A stretch of DNA of 60,401 bases from Proteobacteria bacterium CAG:495 (lineage in GTDB: Bacteria; Pseudomonadota; Alphaproteobacteria; RF32; CAG-239), in contig HF995323.1 in the NCBI GenBank assembly GCA_000432275.1, positions 121,957-182,357 of the forward strand, written 5' to 3'. A program made the translations under genes and the position numbers. Positions 46,948-56,157 of this stretch are shown in pieces (the stretch's first letter is position 1; every line of letters starts with the position of its first letter). Below the pieces are notes generated by a model that saw nothing but the letters and a program-made list of their open reading frames with translations, made no database searches and was not told the origin of the DNA.

Positions 46948-47104
46948 GCAGAATTTAGTCCACCTGCTATAACAGAGCATTGACATTTTACTGATGATAA
47001 ACTAAAATTTTTTGGGTCTCGGGTTCAAAAATTTTGAGCGGCATAACGTCTGTCTCAGTCAAATTTACACATCACACCGACTTTTTGAACCCGTCTCGCC
47101 CAAA

Positions 47105-47983
47105 TTAGATTTTCAACGTCGCATCCCTGATGCACTCTATCAAAACTTTAACTTCCGGACGCTGAACATAATCTTTGCGCGTAGCAATCCAAAAGTCATG
47201 TTCCTCTTCATATCCCAGTTCAGAAAGGAATACCAAATCTTTTTCCCTGCTGGCAGAACCGATTGGATGCAGGCTGACTCCGTTGCCGTCACGGATTAAA
47301 CTAAGCAAAACAGCCGTAGCGTTCGTTGAAGCCACCACATTTTGCGCTCCGTCCAGAATCTCTTTCCACCTCGGCCAAACCGACGCAAAATTATCTCTGG
47401 TGCAAATTTTATGATTCTTTTGCAAATCTTCAATGCTTTTGGGGCGTCCAAACACCGACAAATAATCCAGAGAAGCAAACAACCCGAATTTCAGCCGTCC
47501 TTTAAAAACAGTTGTCATATCCGCTCCCGGCTCCTCATAAATGATGCAAATATCCATTTTATCAAGATTTTTTGGCCGTTCCAAACTGCAAACCATATCT
47601 ACGCTTATTTGTGGATATTGCAAATAAAAGTCTGACAAACAAACGGACACATAGCCGGCACCCAATCCGTCGCTTGTCCAAAGTCTCACGGTTCCTTGCA
47701 GGGTGTTGTTCTGTCGTTTGTAGTTTTTCACGTCATACATAATACGGTCAAATCCCATTATGTAATTGAGAATGTCCTTGCCTGCCGCAGTTAACACCAT
47801 CTTGTTTTTAATCCGGTTAAACAACTGCAAACCCAGATTCGCTTCCAAGTCTGCAATACTGGCTGACACATTTGACTGTTTCATACCGTTATCGTCCCCG
47901 GCTCTGCTGACGGTTCCCTTTGCACAGACCTCCCGGAAAACCCTCAATTGTCTATATGTAATAGCATCATCTTTTATACCCAT
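47105..47983 (-). CDS. LysR family transcriptional regulator
   Basis: 292 aa. N-terminal wHTH YRQLRVFREVCAKGTVSRAGDDNGMKQSNVSASIADLEANLGLQLFNR and a C-terminal substrate-binding domain. Confidence 0.9.
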   Translation of the reverse strand: MGIKDDAITYRQLRVFREVCAKGTVSRAGDDNGMKQSNVSASIADLEANLGLQLFNRIKNKMVLTAAGKDILNYIMGFDRIMYDVKNYKRQNNTLQGTVRLWTSDGLGAGYVSVCLSDFYLQYPQISVDMVCSLERPKNLDKMDICIIYEEPGADMTTVFKGRLKFGLFASLDYLSVFGRPKSIEDLQKNHKICTRDNFASVWPRWKEILDGAQNVVASTNATAVLLSLIRDGNGVSLHPIGSASREKDLVFLSELGYEEEHDFWIATRKDYVQRPEVKVLIECIRDATLKI

Positions 47984-48101
47984 TTTATATACCTCCTATA
48001 TGAAATCAGATAGTTATTTATAATCATTTTATGAAATACAATGACATACGTAAAATAAAATTACCACCTTAAAATTCTACTTATCAAGAGGGACTATCGA
48101 T

Positions 48102-48302
48102 ATGAAGAAGAAAAACAATACTTTGGCGGGCTTCGTTGCAGATGACAACGCTCGTGAAATTAGCCGCATCCATTATCAATTTGAAGATTTAAGACACAAT
48201 ATGCTGCACCGGGGTCTTAACGACGCCGAATTCTATATTAGCGTTGCATATCTTCTTTTTACGAGAGACGTGGATAAAAAATTAAAACAGTCGAACCGCT
48301 GA
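48102..48302 (+). CDS. hypothetical small protein
   Basis: 66 aa. AGAGGGA Shine-Dalgarno-like sequence about 8 nt upstream. Divergent from the LysR gene. Its stop is 1 nt from the stop of the convergent XRE gene. No family recognised. Confidence 0.3.
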   Translation: MKKKNNTLAGFVADDNAREISRIHYQFEDLRHNMLHRGLNDAEFYISVAYLLFTRDVDKKLKQSNR

Positions 48303-48303
48303 T

Positions 48304-48684
48304 TTATTTAAAATATGAACGAAACAAAGGAATAATATCTAACAGAAAATCAAGAGTTTTGCTGTTTAGCGCCTTTATCTCCTCATAAAGTTTAAGCTCC
48401 TTGGCTATTCTTGCCGGAGACTTGTTTGAAATACTCTTAAGTTCCAGCATATCGTCAACACTGGCGTTAAACTTTTGTGCAATACTCCGAAGCATTGTCA
48501 AATCGGGAACCACCAGGCCGCGTTCCAAATTGGAAATGGTACGCCAGCTAACGCCGCACTCTTCAGCCAGCTGCTCCTGAGTCAGCTTGGCTCGCTCGCG
48601 CATAATTTTGACCTTAAGTCCCATATGTTTTTTCACTGCTTCTTCCATATCGTTTTTATACCCGCAATGCAAACAATTCGCCAC
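48304..48684 (-). CDS. XRE-family helix-turn-helix transcriptional regulator
   Basis: 126 aa. HTH_3 core IMRERAKLTQEQLAEECGVSWRTISNLERGLVVPDLTMLRSIAQKFNASVDDMLEL, preceded by a short CLHC-containing N-terminus. Confidence 0.8.
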   Translation of the reverse strand: MANCLHCGYKNDMEEAVKKHMGLKVKIMRERAKLTQEQLAEECGVSWRTISNLERGLVVPDLTMLRSIAQKFNASVDDMLELKSISNKSPARIAKELKLYEEIKALNSKTLDFLLDIIPLFRSYFK

Positions 48685-48915
48685 GAAACTCTTTACATAA
48701 TAAAACGTTTAAATGAATTACATTTCATAGCCTTATTATAAGTTGAGGTAATACACGTTTAACAAATTTCAAGTGCAAAAACTAAAGTGAACTTTATTTC
48801 AGATTTATTTATTGAATATACAATGAGTTGGATAACACCCAAAAAAGAGCTCCCAAATTAAGCAACCTCAACAGCACATAACATATTATATAAAGCCCAG
48901 ATTATAAAACAATGA

Positions 48916-48950
48916 TATACTTCTTATAACCCAAGGTTATAAGAAGTATA
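48916..48950 (-). terminator. 16-bp perfect hairpin downstream of the APC permease gene
   Basis: TATACTTCTTATAACCcaaGGTTATAAGAAGTATA lies 35 nt beyond the stop at 48985. The stem is AT-rich and the minus-strand tail is T-rich but interrupted. Confidence 0.45.
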
Positions 48951-48984
48951 AATCCCATTATCTCCAGAGAATTTACCCGCTCAA

Positions 48985-50181
48985 TCAAGCCTCAATGACC
49001 AGGCTTGCCATAAAGGCCAAAAAGATGAAGAGCATCAGGCCGATACCGATAACAATCATTGTCGGCGAAGATTTGGTCTCTCGGCGCAAAATCCAGTTTG
49101 CCGAAAAAACGGCAAGATAACTGATAAGATAAGCGGCACTGGACAGATTGACGATCTGATTAAAATCAAACCACAGCGTTGCCGCCAGCATCAGCAACAC
49201 AGTGAGCAGATTTCCCCAAGTTCCCCGTTGCCAAAACCGACGGTGATAAAATTCCGGAAGAATATGTTGCTGGGATAAGGCATATGAGATTCGAAAAATG
49301 CTGAAATAAGTTGCCCCGATTCCGGAAATAAAAGCAATAACCGCCGTTATATACATCAAAGCATACCCCCAGTCTCCCATCAGACGATTCGCCGCCACCG
49401 CAACCGCAATATCCGCGTTCGCCATAAGTTCCTTGGCCGGAATAAAGTGCAAAGCGACAAAAGCCAGAGCAAGATACAAGCCAATAACGATAAGAATAGT
49501 CAAAAAAATGCCCCAGGTGATAGTCCGCTGCGGATTTTTTACGTCTCCGGCAGCATTGGTAATAACACCGTAACCGGCAAAGGCAAAAAACGTCACGCCG
49601 ATACTTCCCATAAACTTGACTTCGTTAAACGGAATGGTTTGCATTTTCTCGGCAATGTCATAATGAATTAAAGCGGCAATAATCAAACTCAACAAAATTC
49701 CCATCTTGATGGAGACCATCACAATCTCGGTGTTGCCGACGTCTTTGGAGCGCTGCATATTTAAGGCCGCCAGCCCTACAATCAAAAAGCATGCTGCAGC
49801 GTTAATAAAAAAATTTGTATCTTGCACATGAGGAAAAAGTTTTACGGCATAAATGCCAAACGATTTTGCCATCATACAAATGGAAACGGCTGACGTCATC
49901 ATATAAATAAGAGAAAACGTCCCTACGACCCACCGTTTTTTGAATGCAATATGAAAATAATCGGTCAGTCCTCCGGAATCTGGATATGCGGCGGCCAGCC
50001 GGGAATAAGAATATCCCGAAAACAAAGCGGCAACCCCGGCGATGATAAAAGCGTAATAAGTCTGGTCTCCGGCCATCATGATGACCTGTCCCAAAAGTGC
50101 AAAAATACCGGCACCGACGACGGAACCGATACCCAATGCCGTAACGCTGATAAGATTTAAACCATATTTTTTCAATTGCAT
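48985..50181 (-). CDS. APC superfamily amino acid/polyamine permease
   Basis: 398 aa with about 11-12 hydrophobic segments. The N-terminus ISVTALGIGSVVGAGIFALLG is typical of APC transporters. Confidence 0.85.
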   Translation of the reverse strand: MQLKKYGLNLISVTALGIGSVVGAGIFALLGQVIMMAGDQTYYAFIIAGVAALFSGYSYSRLAAAYPDSGGLTDYFHIAFKKRWVVGTFSLIYMMTSAVSICMMAKSFGIYAVKLFPHVQDTNFFINAAACFLIVGLAALNMQRSKDVGNTEIVMVSIKMGILLSLIIAALIHYDIAEKMQTIPFNEVKFMGSIGVTFFAFAGYGVITNAAGDVKNPQRTITWGIFLTILIVIGLYLALAFVALHFIPAKELMANADIAVAVAANRLMGDWGYALMYITAVIAFISGIGATYFSIFRISYALSQQHILPEFYHRRFWQRGTWGNLLTVLLMLAATLWFDFNQIVNLSSAAYLISYLAVFSANWILRRETKSSPTMIVIGIGLMLFIFLAFMASLVIEA

Positions 50182-50360
50182 CTCACCCTCACCTTCCTCG
50201 ATACATTTAATTAATGCTCACCAGGACATTTTCAAGCGAGATTCACTCTCAAATCCAGACAAAATTATTTTGAAGATGATTCATCACGAACACTAAATGC
50301 TTCGTAATTAAAAATAATTACTTAACTTCCCATATCTTCAAATTGCTGAGTTTTATAGAC

Positions 50361-51359
50361 TTAAAGATTAGTATTCTTCAAAGCGATTTGTTTAAATCTT
50401 TTTTTATAATATTTTAGTAGAAATAAATGTTTGATTACGTTTACTATGGATTTTTTATACGGTAATTGTAAAAGGTTAAACTTTTTACCAATTAAGTAGC
50501 ACAATTTTTCAATAAATGGATGTCTGTATATGCCGCCACTACGCGTCATAGTGCAAATACCGTTATAACGTCTCTTATATTCATAATTTCCACCTAATAG
50601 ATAGGCTATCTTTTTGTGGTCATTTATCCAACTTTCAATGATATTATGGTAAAGAATCATTCCTATAGAATACTTTGAATACTTAGAATCGTAAGAAAAG
50701 TTTTCAAAATATACATTTTCTTTGCTTGTTTCAACATCAAATCCAATCGCTATAATGGTATTGTTTGTCTTCAATAAATATGCGTTAGATACGCAAAAAT
50801 CTTTTAAATAAGATGTCTTTTCATAAGAAAATTTATGCGAATCTTTTTTCCATAATAAATACAAATCCACAACATCTTGAGAAATTGAATCTCTGTTTAT
50901 TTTTTCAAAACTGATGTTTCCAACTTCATTTAATAATTTTTTGGCATAATATTTACAATGTTGTCTCTCTTTCGCTGATAACAAACCATCAAATTCTTCA
51001 ATCGTATCTGGCAATTCAATATGCCAATGCGATGCAACAGACAGAGTGGCTATATCCGTTAAAGTATGCAGCACGCTAACAACCTGAAGTTTTTTATGTG
51101 TCTTAAATAAATAATTAACAAATTTTTCAAAAAGACATTTATCTATTTTGCGCATATAGCACCCGAGTTCGCATGAAGTATTGTTGAAAAAAACGGGAAT
51201 ATATGTTTTTTGCATATTATTTTCTATACAATATAAAGTGTACCCCCCCCTATTTTCAACCACAGAGTGTAACACATCAAAGCGGTTTTTGATGACATCG
51301 GGAAAGACGTTTAATTGAAGTATTTTATCTTTGTTGTCAGTAATTTCTGTTATCTTCAT
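50361..51359 (-). CDS. hypothetical protein, possibly GNAT-fold (BioF2/CelD-like) acyltransferase
   Basis: 332 aa. The C-terminal FSYDSKYSKYSIGMILYHNIIESWINDHKKIAYLLGGNYEYKRRYNG resembles the ...YSPG....G...YK..F ending of CelD/BioF2-like GNAT proteins. It is the last gene of the AT-rich operon. Confidence 0.4.
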   Translation of the reverse strand: MKITEITDNKDKILQLNVFPDVIKNRFDVLHSVVENRGGYTLYCIENNMQKTYIPVFFNNTSCELGCYMRKIDKCLFEKFVNYLFKTHKKLQVVSVLHTLTDIATLSVASHWHIELPDTIEEFDGLLSAKERQHCKYYAKKLLNEVGNISFEKINRDSISQDVVDLYLLWKKDSHKFSYEKTSYLKDFCVSNAYLLKTNNTIIAIGFDVETSKENVYFENFSYDSKYSKYSIGMILYHNIIESWINDHKKIAYLLGGNYEYKRRYNGICTMTRSGGIYRHPFIEKLCYLIGKKFNLLQLPYKKSIVNVIKHLFLLKYYKKRFKQIALKNTNL

Positions 51360-51366
51360 TGTTTCC

Positions 51367-53472
51367 TCAAAACTTCAGATGACGCAAATGCCACCAAAAA
51401 GAATGATGTTTGCTTTTCGCTGCCAATTTATGCAGTTTTTTGCATAATCTGACATTATTTTTCGCAGTTTTTTCAAGATTATGTTTCAGCCATTCCAGCC
51501 CTTTTTCTTTTTCAGCATTTATGATTTGATTTATGCTGTCCCAATCTGTATCTGCGCCCAAATTATCATAATCAAGCCCGAATGTATTAAACAAAGAAGA
51601 AAATCTTGAATTTCCTCTCATTTCATTGCCAAACGTTCTGAACGGTTTGTTAAAAATAATGGCAAAGCAGGTTCCGTGAAAAGAATCCGTAATAATTGCC
51701 TTAGCGTTCAGAAAATAGGCCATAAACTGTTCAACACTCAAATTTTCCTTAGCAATATTAACGTACTTGTTGCCATATTTTCGGATCAAATTCTTAATAT
51801 CCTCATTTTCATCAAGAACATATCCGACCACCATATCCGTGGGAACATTGATACCTTCAGCCAAATCCTTAAAAATTCTGCTGTCTGCCAAAAATACTGG
51901 ATCCAAAATATGCTTGCCGTCCGGATAGTTATGTTGCCTTAAGATATTCAGTCCGTCATCTTCTCTTACGGAAACAGCATCAAACGCTGCCAAAAATTTA
52001 TCAGCATATCTTAATTTAAAAGTATCTTTGCCAAAACTTGCGGATATTGCAATCCTTTGTTTGTCCGGATCGGCAAACGCCAACAAATATATCCCTGGTA
52101 TGTGCCTGATATAGTCATCGCGAAAAACCTGATCCGAGCCGACGATAAATCCGTTTCTTACAATTTTATTGAGTCCTCTGAAATCTTTGTAATTATAATA
52201 TTGTCTGGTCTGGTGCAGATATTTGCGGGCAAATTCATCCGTAAAACTACCATCAAATTTATCTTTCACATGGTCATATCTGTAATCTATGTGCGCGTTC
52301 GTATATCCCAAACTTTCCAGAACGGTCTGGAAAGCATAAGCCGTCAAAACAGCACCATAGTTTAATGATGTCCAAAAATTAAGGCACAAATAATCATATT
52401 CCAGATTATCGTCAACCGCTGTATGCAAGGTTTTATTAATGTCTTTAAAAAATTTATCCCGATTGCCGTGGTGCTTTCCAGAAATATGAATTGTCGGATT
52501 ATAGGGTAAGATGGCATCAAAATCGGCTTGCTCAAAAATTTTAAACTGGGCTTCGCACTCTTCTAACAATCTTCCACCTTTGTCAGTATTGACTAAAACT
52601 TCGCTAAGCCCCCTTTCATCATTTAACTCTTTATTGATTAAATCTATTCCCCAAAAATCACCCAATGTTAAATCTCCCTGTCTTGGCAAACTATTAAATA
52701 AGCAAGCTCCACAGGTTTTTCTTAAACATAAATTATTTAGAAAAGCACGCATATAATCATCAGTCGCTGCCATACGTGATGTCGTTGAAATAGTAGTAGT
52801 CGTCGTGATTATGAGCTCCGGAGACCATCCTTTTTGCTTATCTCTGAAATTAGTCGCAACAAACGTTTCATTAGGAAAATTTTCGTTAATATATTTTTTA
52901 AATACCGCTGGAGACGGCACACCGTGACAAACGATATCCAACAGATACAAATTTGGATAATCTTTTTTCAAAAACGATTTAATACCGGCAACTTGACAAG
53001 GGGTGCCGCAAAATAAAAGTTTTCTGTTTTTTTCCAAAATGTCTTTTATCGGTTTATAAATACCGGAAACATCACTTTGTAAATATTTTGAACCTTGAAG
53101 TTTGCAAAGCTCATTTGCATCTTCTATTATAATGTGGCACACACATGTATTATCAAAACTCGCACCACAAACAGCTCCGCCTTGCTCTAAAATATGTAGT
53201 GCTAATACTGAAAATACACCACCACTTGAACTGTTCTTACGGATTTCATCAGATGCCGCTACAGCATAACATAACGGATTGTCCTTTTTTATCTTATGAT
53301 AATTGATAACGGGACATACCTGTTTACACAAATGACAGCCAACACATTTTACAGTGTCTATATGCGGATATAAAAAACCTTCGTCGTTCTCTTGCATTGA
53401 AATAGCTCCAACTGGACATCTATTAAAACAAGCTGCACATCCGGTACAGTTTTTACATATAATTTTATCCAT
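51367..53472 (-). CDS. fusion: 2x[4Fe-4S] ferredoxin plus F420-hydrogenase-beta (FrhB)-like domain plus polysaccharide pyruvyl transferase
   Basis: 701 aa. CKNCTGCAACFNRCP and CVGCHLCKQVCP cluster motifs, an FrhB-like middle region (FCGTPCQVAG), and a C-terminal pyruvyl-transferase-like half (GSDQVF....ITDSFHG). Confidence 0.7.
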   Translation of the reverse strand: MDKIICKNCTGCAACFNRCPVGAISMQENDEGFLYPHIDTVKCVGCHLCKQVCPVINYHKIKKDNPLCYAVAASDEIRKNSSSGGVFSVLALHILEQGGAVCGASFDNTCVCHIIIEDANELCKLQGSKYLQSDVSGIYKPIKDILEKNRKLLFCGTPCQVAGIKSFLKKDYPNLYLLDIVCHGVPSPAVFKKYINENFPNETFVATNFRDKQKGWSPELIITTTTTISTTSRMAATDDYMRAFLNNLCLRKTCGACLFNSLPRQGDLTLGDFWGIDLINKELNDERGLSEVLVNTDKGGRLLEECEAQFKIFEQADFDAILPYNPTIHISGKHHGNRDKFFKDINKTLHTAVDDNLEYDYLCLNFWTSLNYGAVLTAYAFQTVLESLGYTNAHIDYRYDHVKDKFDGSFTDEFARKYLHQTRQYYNYKDFRGLNKIVRNGFIVGSDQVFRDDYIRHIPGIYLLAFADPDKQRIAISASFGKDTFKLRYADKFLAAFDAVSVREDDGLNILRQHNYPDGKHILDPVFLADSRIFKDLAEGINVPTDMVVGYVLDENEDIKNLIRKYGNKYVNIAKENLSVEQFMAYFLNAKAIITDSFHGTCFAIIFNKPFRTFGNEMRGNSRFSSLFNTFGLDYDNLGADTDWDSINQIINAEKEKGLEWLKHNLEKTAKNNVRLCKKLHKLAAKSKHHSFWWHLRHLKF

Positions 53473-53483
53473 TTAGTGGTATC

Positions 53484-54242
53484 CTATAGTGGTATTTTAT
53501 AATTTTTATTCAAATAATTATTAACGCTATCAATATAAAAGGCTTCGGCATATCCTGTCGGCAAATTTGCCTGTGTTCCGCGATACCGGTTTAACCCTTG
53601 AGTTATATCAGCATATTGAAACAAAATATGAGCTGTTTTATACAAACGTAAAATACGAATTTTCTTCTCAATCACATGAGAGATATCTATGAAAGTATTA
53701 GGATTTGGAATAAGCGACCAAACTTCATAAAAAACTATCTTTAAATTTTTTTTGTAGCCATTTTTTTGCAAAATACGCTTAAATAAATTATTGGTAATAT
53801 AACCATGATCCGGATGTCGATCGTGTGGAACCGGTAAAAATATATATTCATAATTTTGAGTATTTAATATTTCTGAATATTGTGGAAAATAATTTTCCAT
53901 TTGTTCAATACCCCGAACACCTAAGGTCTGAAAAATATAATGATTTTTAATACCCAAAGCAGCCATAACATTATTAAATTCTTCCGTACGCATTTTCGCG
54001 TGATCAGCAGCTTTTCGTTCTTTATAATCCGTACCACTTGCCCCCATAACAATAACATCAAAATTATCCGGCCAAAGAGATAAAACACCACCACCGCCGA
54101 TCATTTCATCATCAGGATGTGGCGCAACAAACAAACATCGCGTATTCGGCTTTATCAAAAACTCGGGTTTAGCATAATAGTTTTTACGTAATCTATGACG
54201 TAACTTTTTGTTGGGAATTAAGTTAATAAAAAATTTATTCAT
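53484..54242 (-). CDS. PIG-L/LmbE family N-acetylglucosaminyl deacetylase
   Basis: 252 aa with the signature VAPHPDDEMIGGGG and downstream HPDH. Confidence 0.85.
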   Translation of the reverse strand: MNKFFINLIPNKKLRHRLRKNYYAKPEFLIKPNTRCLFVAPHPDDEMIGGGGVLSLWPDNFDVIVMGASGTDYKERKAADHAKMRTEEFNNVMAALGIKNHYIFQTLGVRGIEQMENYFPQYSEILNTQNYEYIFLPVPHDRHPDHGYITNNLFKRILQKNGYKKNLKIVFYEVWSLIPNPNTFIDISHVIEKKIRILRLYKTAHILFQYADITQGLNRYRGTQANLPTGYAEAFYIDSVNNYLNKNYKIPL

Positions 54243-56157
54243 ATTTTTCTCTGCTCTTAATATGATGATCTTGCATAACTATACCTAAATAAAGTTTTTT
54301 GATATCATTAAGCGTAATCTTCAACTTTTTATAAAACTTATACTGCTTTTCATAAACCATTGCTTTAAAGAATGGTTCACACGGCATAAAATTTACGGTC
54401 TTGTTAGCCAGCAAATATTCACCATGCCAGGCAGCTTCACAACTTACGGTTTTAATAAGTTCTGATGCATTATACTTTTCATCTAATTCTTTACAAACCT
54501 CATTGGAAAACATAATAGGTGTGGTTAAAAATCTATAGTTTTTGCCTTTACGCCCAAAAAATGAGCGTACCGTTTGTTCTTTGGAAAACATATCAGAATT
54601 ACCACATTTGTTGTTAATCAGTTTAGCATCTTTACCTTCACGACAAACAATATACGGCGTTGTTTCATCATACATAAAATCTGAAACATAAAAGTTTTTG
54701 ATAAAATACGAATCACTATCAATCATCAAATAGAAATCACATACATTTGCTTTATAAAACCGTAACTTAACAATTTGCTGATTTAACCACCCGTCATTTA
54801 ATGTATCTTCTCCCAAAAATTCTTCATCCGAGAAAAACTGTATATTATAACTTTCTTTTCCCGTAAGGATGCTTGATTGTATCAATGCAATATCATTTTG
54901 AGGAGCGACAATATAAAAAGGAATATCGTCCTTATTATATTCATCAATACTCTGCTTCAAAGTTTTTAAACGCAATAAATTGCGACGATACGTTTTACAC
55001 ATCAATGCCATTTTACTGTTATTTTTTTGCTTACACTTTGATAAATTTATTGCTTGTTCTAAATCACCTAAAGATTGTTTATAGATGTTATCCGCCAATT
55101 CAGAGAGATTTGACTGCATCCTATCATAATCGGCAACGGCCATATTATAGGCATCGGTCATTACTTTTCCCAAAGCGTTGCCATTATAAAGAATAGCTGT
55201 CTTATCTGAAAACTCATAATGTGTGCCAAAGATAGAATTTATGATTAACGGTTTCCTAAACCCTAGAGATAATTGTACAATACCGCTTGCTTGCCCATTT
55301 AGATAGCGATGATGCTGCAAATTATTTATATCCATTAACCCTAACAGAAAGTCCGTCTTTTCAATCGCATCATACATATCCGGAAAGTTTAGCCGACCGC
55401 GCATTTCAATATATTGCTGTAAATTTTGAGGAATTTCTAACTTTCCCGAACCGATAACAACAATCTTAAAATTAGTAATCCCTTGCTTTAATAAAACTTG
55501 AATACCATCAAATAGCATTTGATGATTTTTAACAGATGAATCTATCACACCGACAGCTGTAAAAATTATAGTATCCTTATGTTTTGACGTAATTTTAATA
55601 TTCCCAAAATAATGAGGATTAAGCCTCGGAATCCCTTGAATATCAGATAACACAAAGAGTCTATTTTCCGATAAAGCCTCATTAATTTCAGGAAAGATTG
55701 CACAATTTTTAGATAAAACATCATGCTCAACACCTAAAAAACCATATTTCGCAGATACAATTTTCTTAAATTTATTAAAGATATTTGTTCCACACTTATA
55801 GGTACATGAGTTGAAAAAAATAAAATCATATTGTGATAATATTTTAAAAGATCCCCACTTTTTTAATTCATTTTCTGTCCCCACAAAAACCCTCGGCGGA
55901 TTTATTATATAACGGCACAATGGATATTCTTTAAAGTTTTCAAAATGCATAAAGACGTCAACATTATATCCCAAATCCGAAAAATATTTACAATGTCCGG
56001 CAATGGTTTCTGCGTGGTATGGATTCAGTTCAATAATAAGTACAGACTTTTCTTTTATAACTGTGTTTTTATTAAATGTAATTGCACTAAAACATTCTTT
56101 ACGTAATTTTTTTACAGCAATTTTCTCTTTGATTTTTCGTTTTAGTTTCTTAAACAT
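54235..56157 (-). CDS. putative two-domain glycosyltransferase (GT-B-like N-terminal half, uncharacterised C-terminal half)
   Basis: 640 aa. The N-terminal half ends with RGRLNFPDMYDAIEKTDFLLGLMD....SGIVQLSLGFRKPLI, which is GT-B C-lobe-like. The C-terminal half has FYIVAPQNDI...LMIDSDSYF, an acidic GT-A-like motif. Weak assignment. Confidence 0.4.
   Translation of the reverse strand: MFKKLKRKIKEKIAVKKLRKECFSAITFNKNTVIKEKSVLIIELNPYHAETIAGHCKYFSDLGYNVDVFMHFENFKEYPLCRYIINPPRVFVGTENELKKWGSFKILSQYDFIFFNSCTYKCGTNIFNKFKKIVSAKYGFLGVEHDVLSKNCAIFPEINEALSENRLFVLSDIQGIPRLNPHYFGNIKITSKHKDTIIFTAVGVIDSSVKNHQMLFDGIQVLLKQGITNFKIVVIGSGKLEIPQNLQQYIEMRGRLNFPDMYDAIEKTDFLLGLMDINNLQHHRYLNGQASGIVQLSLGFRKPLIINSIFGTHYEFSDKTAILYNGNALGKVMTDAYNMAVADYDRMQSNLSELADNIYKQSLGDLEQAINLSKCKQKNNSKMALMCKTYRRNLLRLKTLKQSIDEYNKDDIPFYIVAPQNDIALIQSSILTGKESYNIQFFSDEEFLGEDTLNDGWLNQQIVKLRFYKANVCDFYLMIDSDSYFIKNFYVSDFMYDETTPYIVCREGKDAKLINNKCGNSDMFSKEQTVRSFFGRKGKNYRFLTTPIMFSNEVCKELDEKYNASELIKTVSCEAAWHGEYLLANKTVNFMPCEPFFKAMVYEKQYKFYKKLKITLNDIKKLYLGIVMQDHHIKSREKYE

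Noticed and set aside
47020-47093. A 12-bp inverted repeat (CGGGTTCAAAAA ... TTTTTGAACCCG) separated by 50 nt, downstream of the LysR gene. It might be a small RNA or a MITE remnant.
   Set aside because: It is a single occurrence with a half-A/T arm, no flanking target-site duplication and no second copy in the window. The evidence is too weak to call. It may simply contribute to lysR transcript termination.
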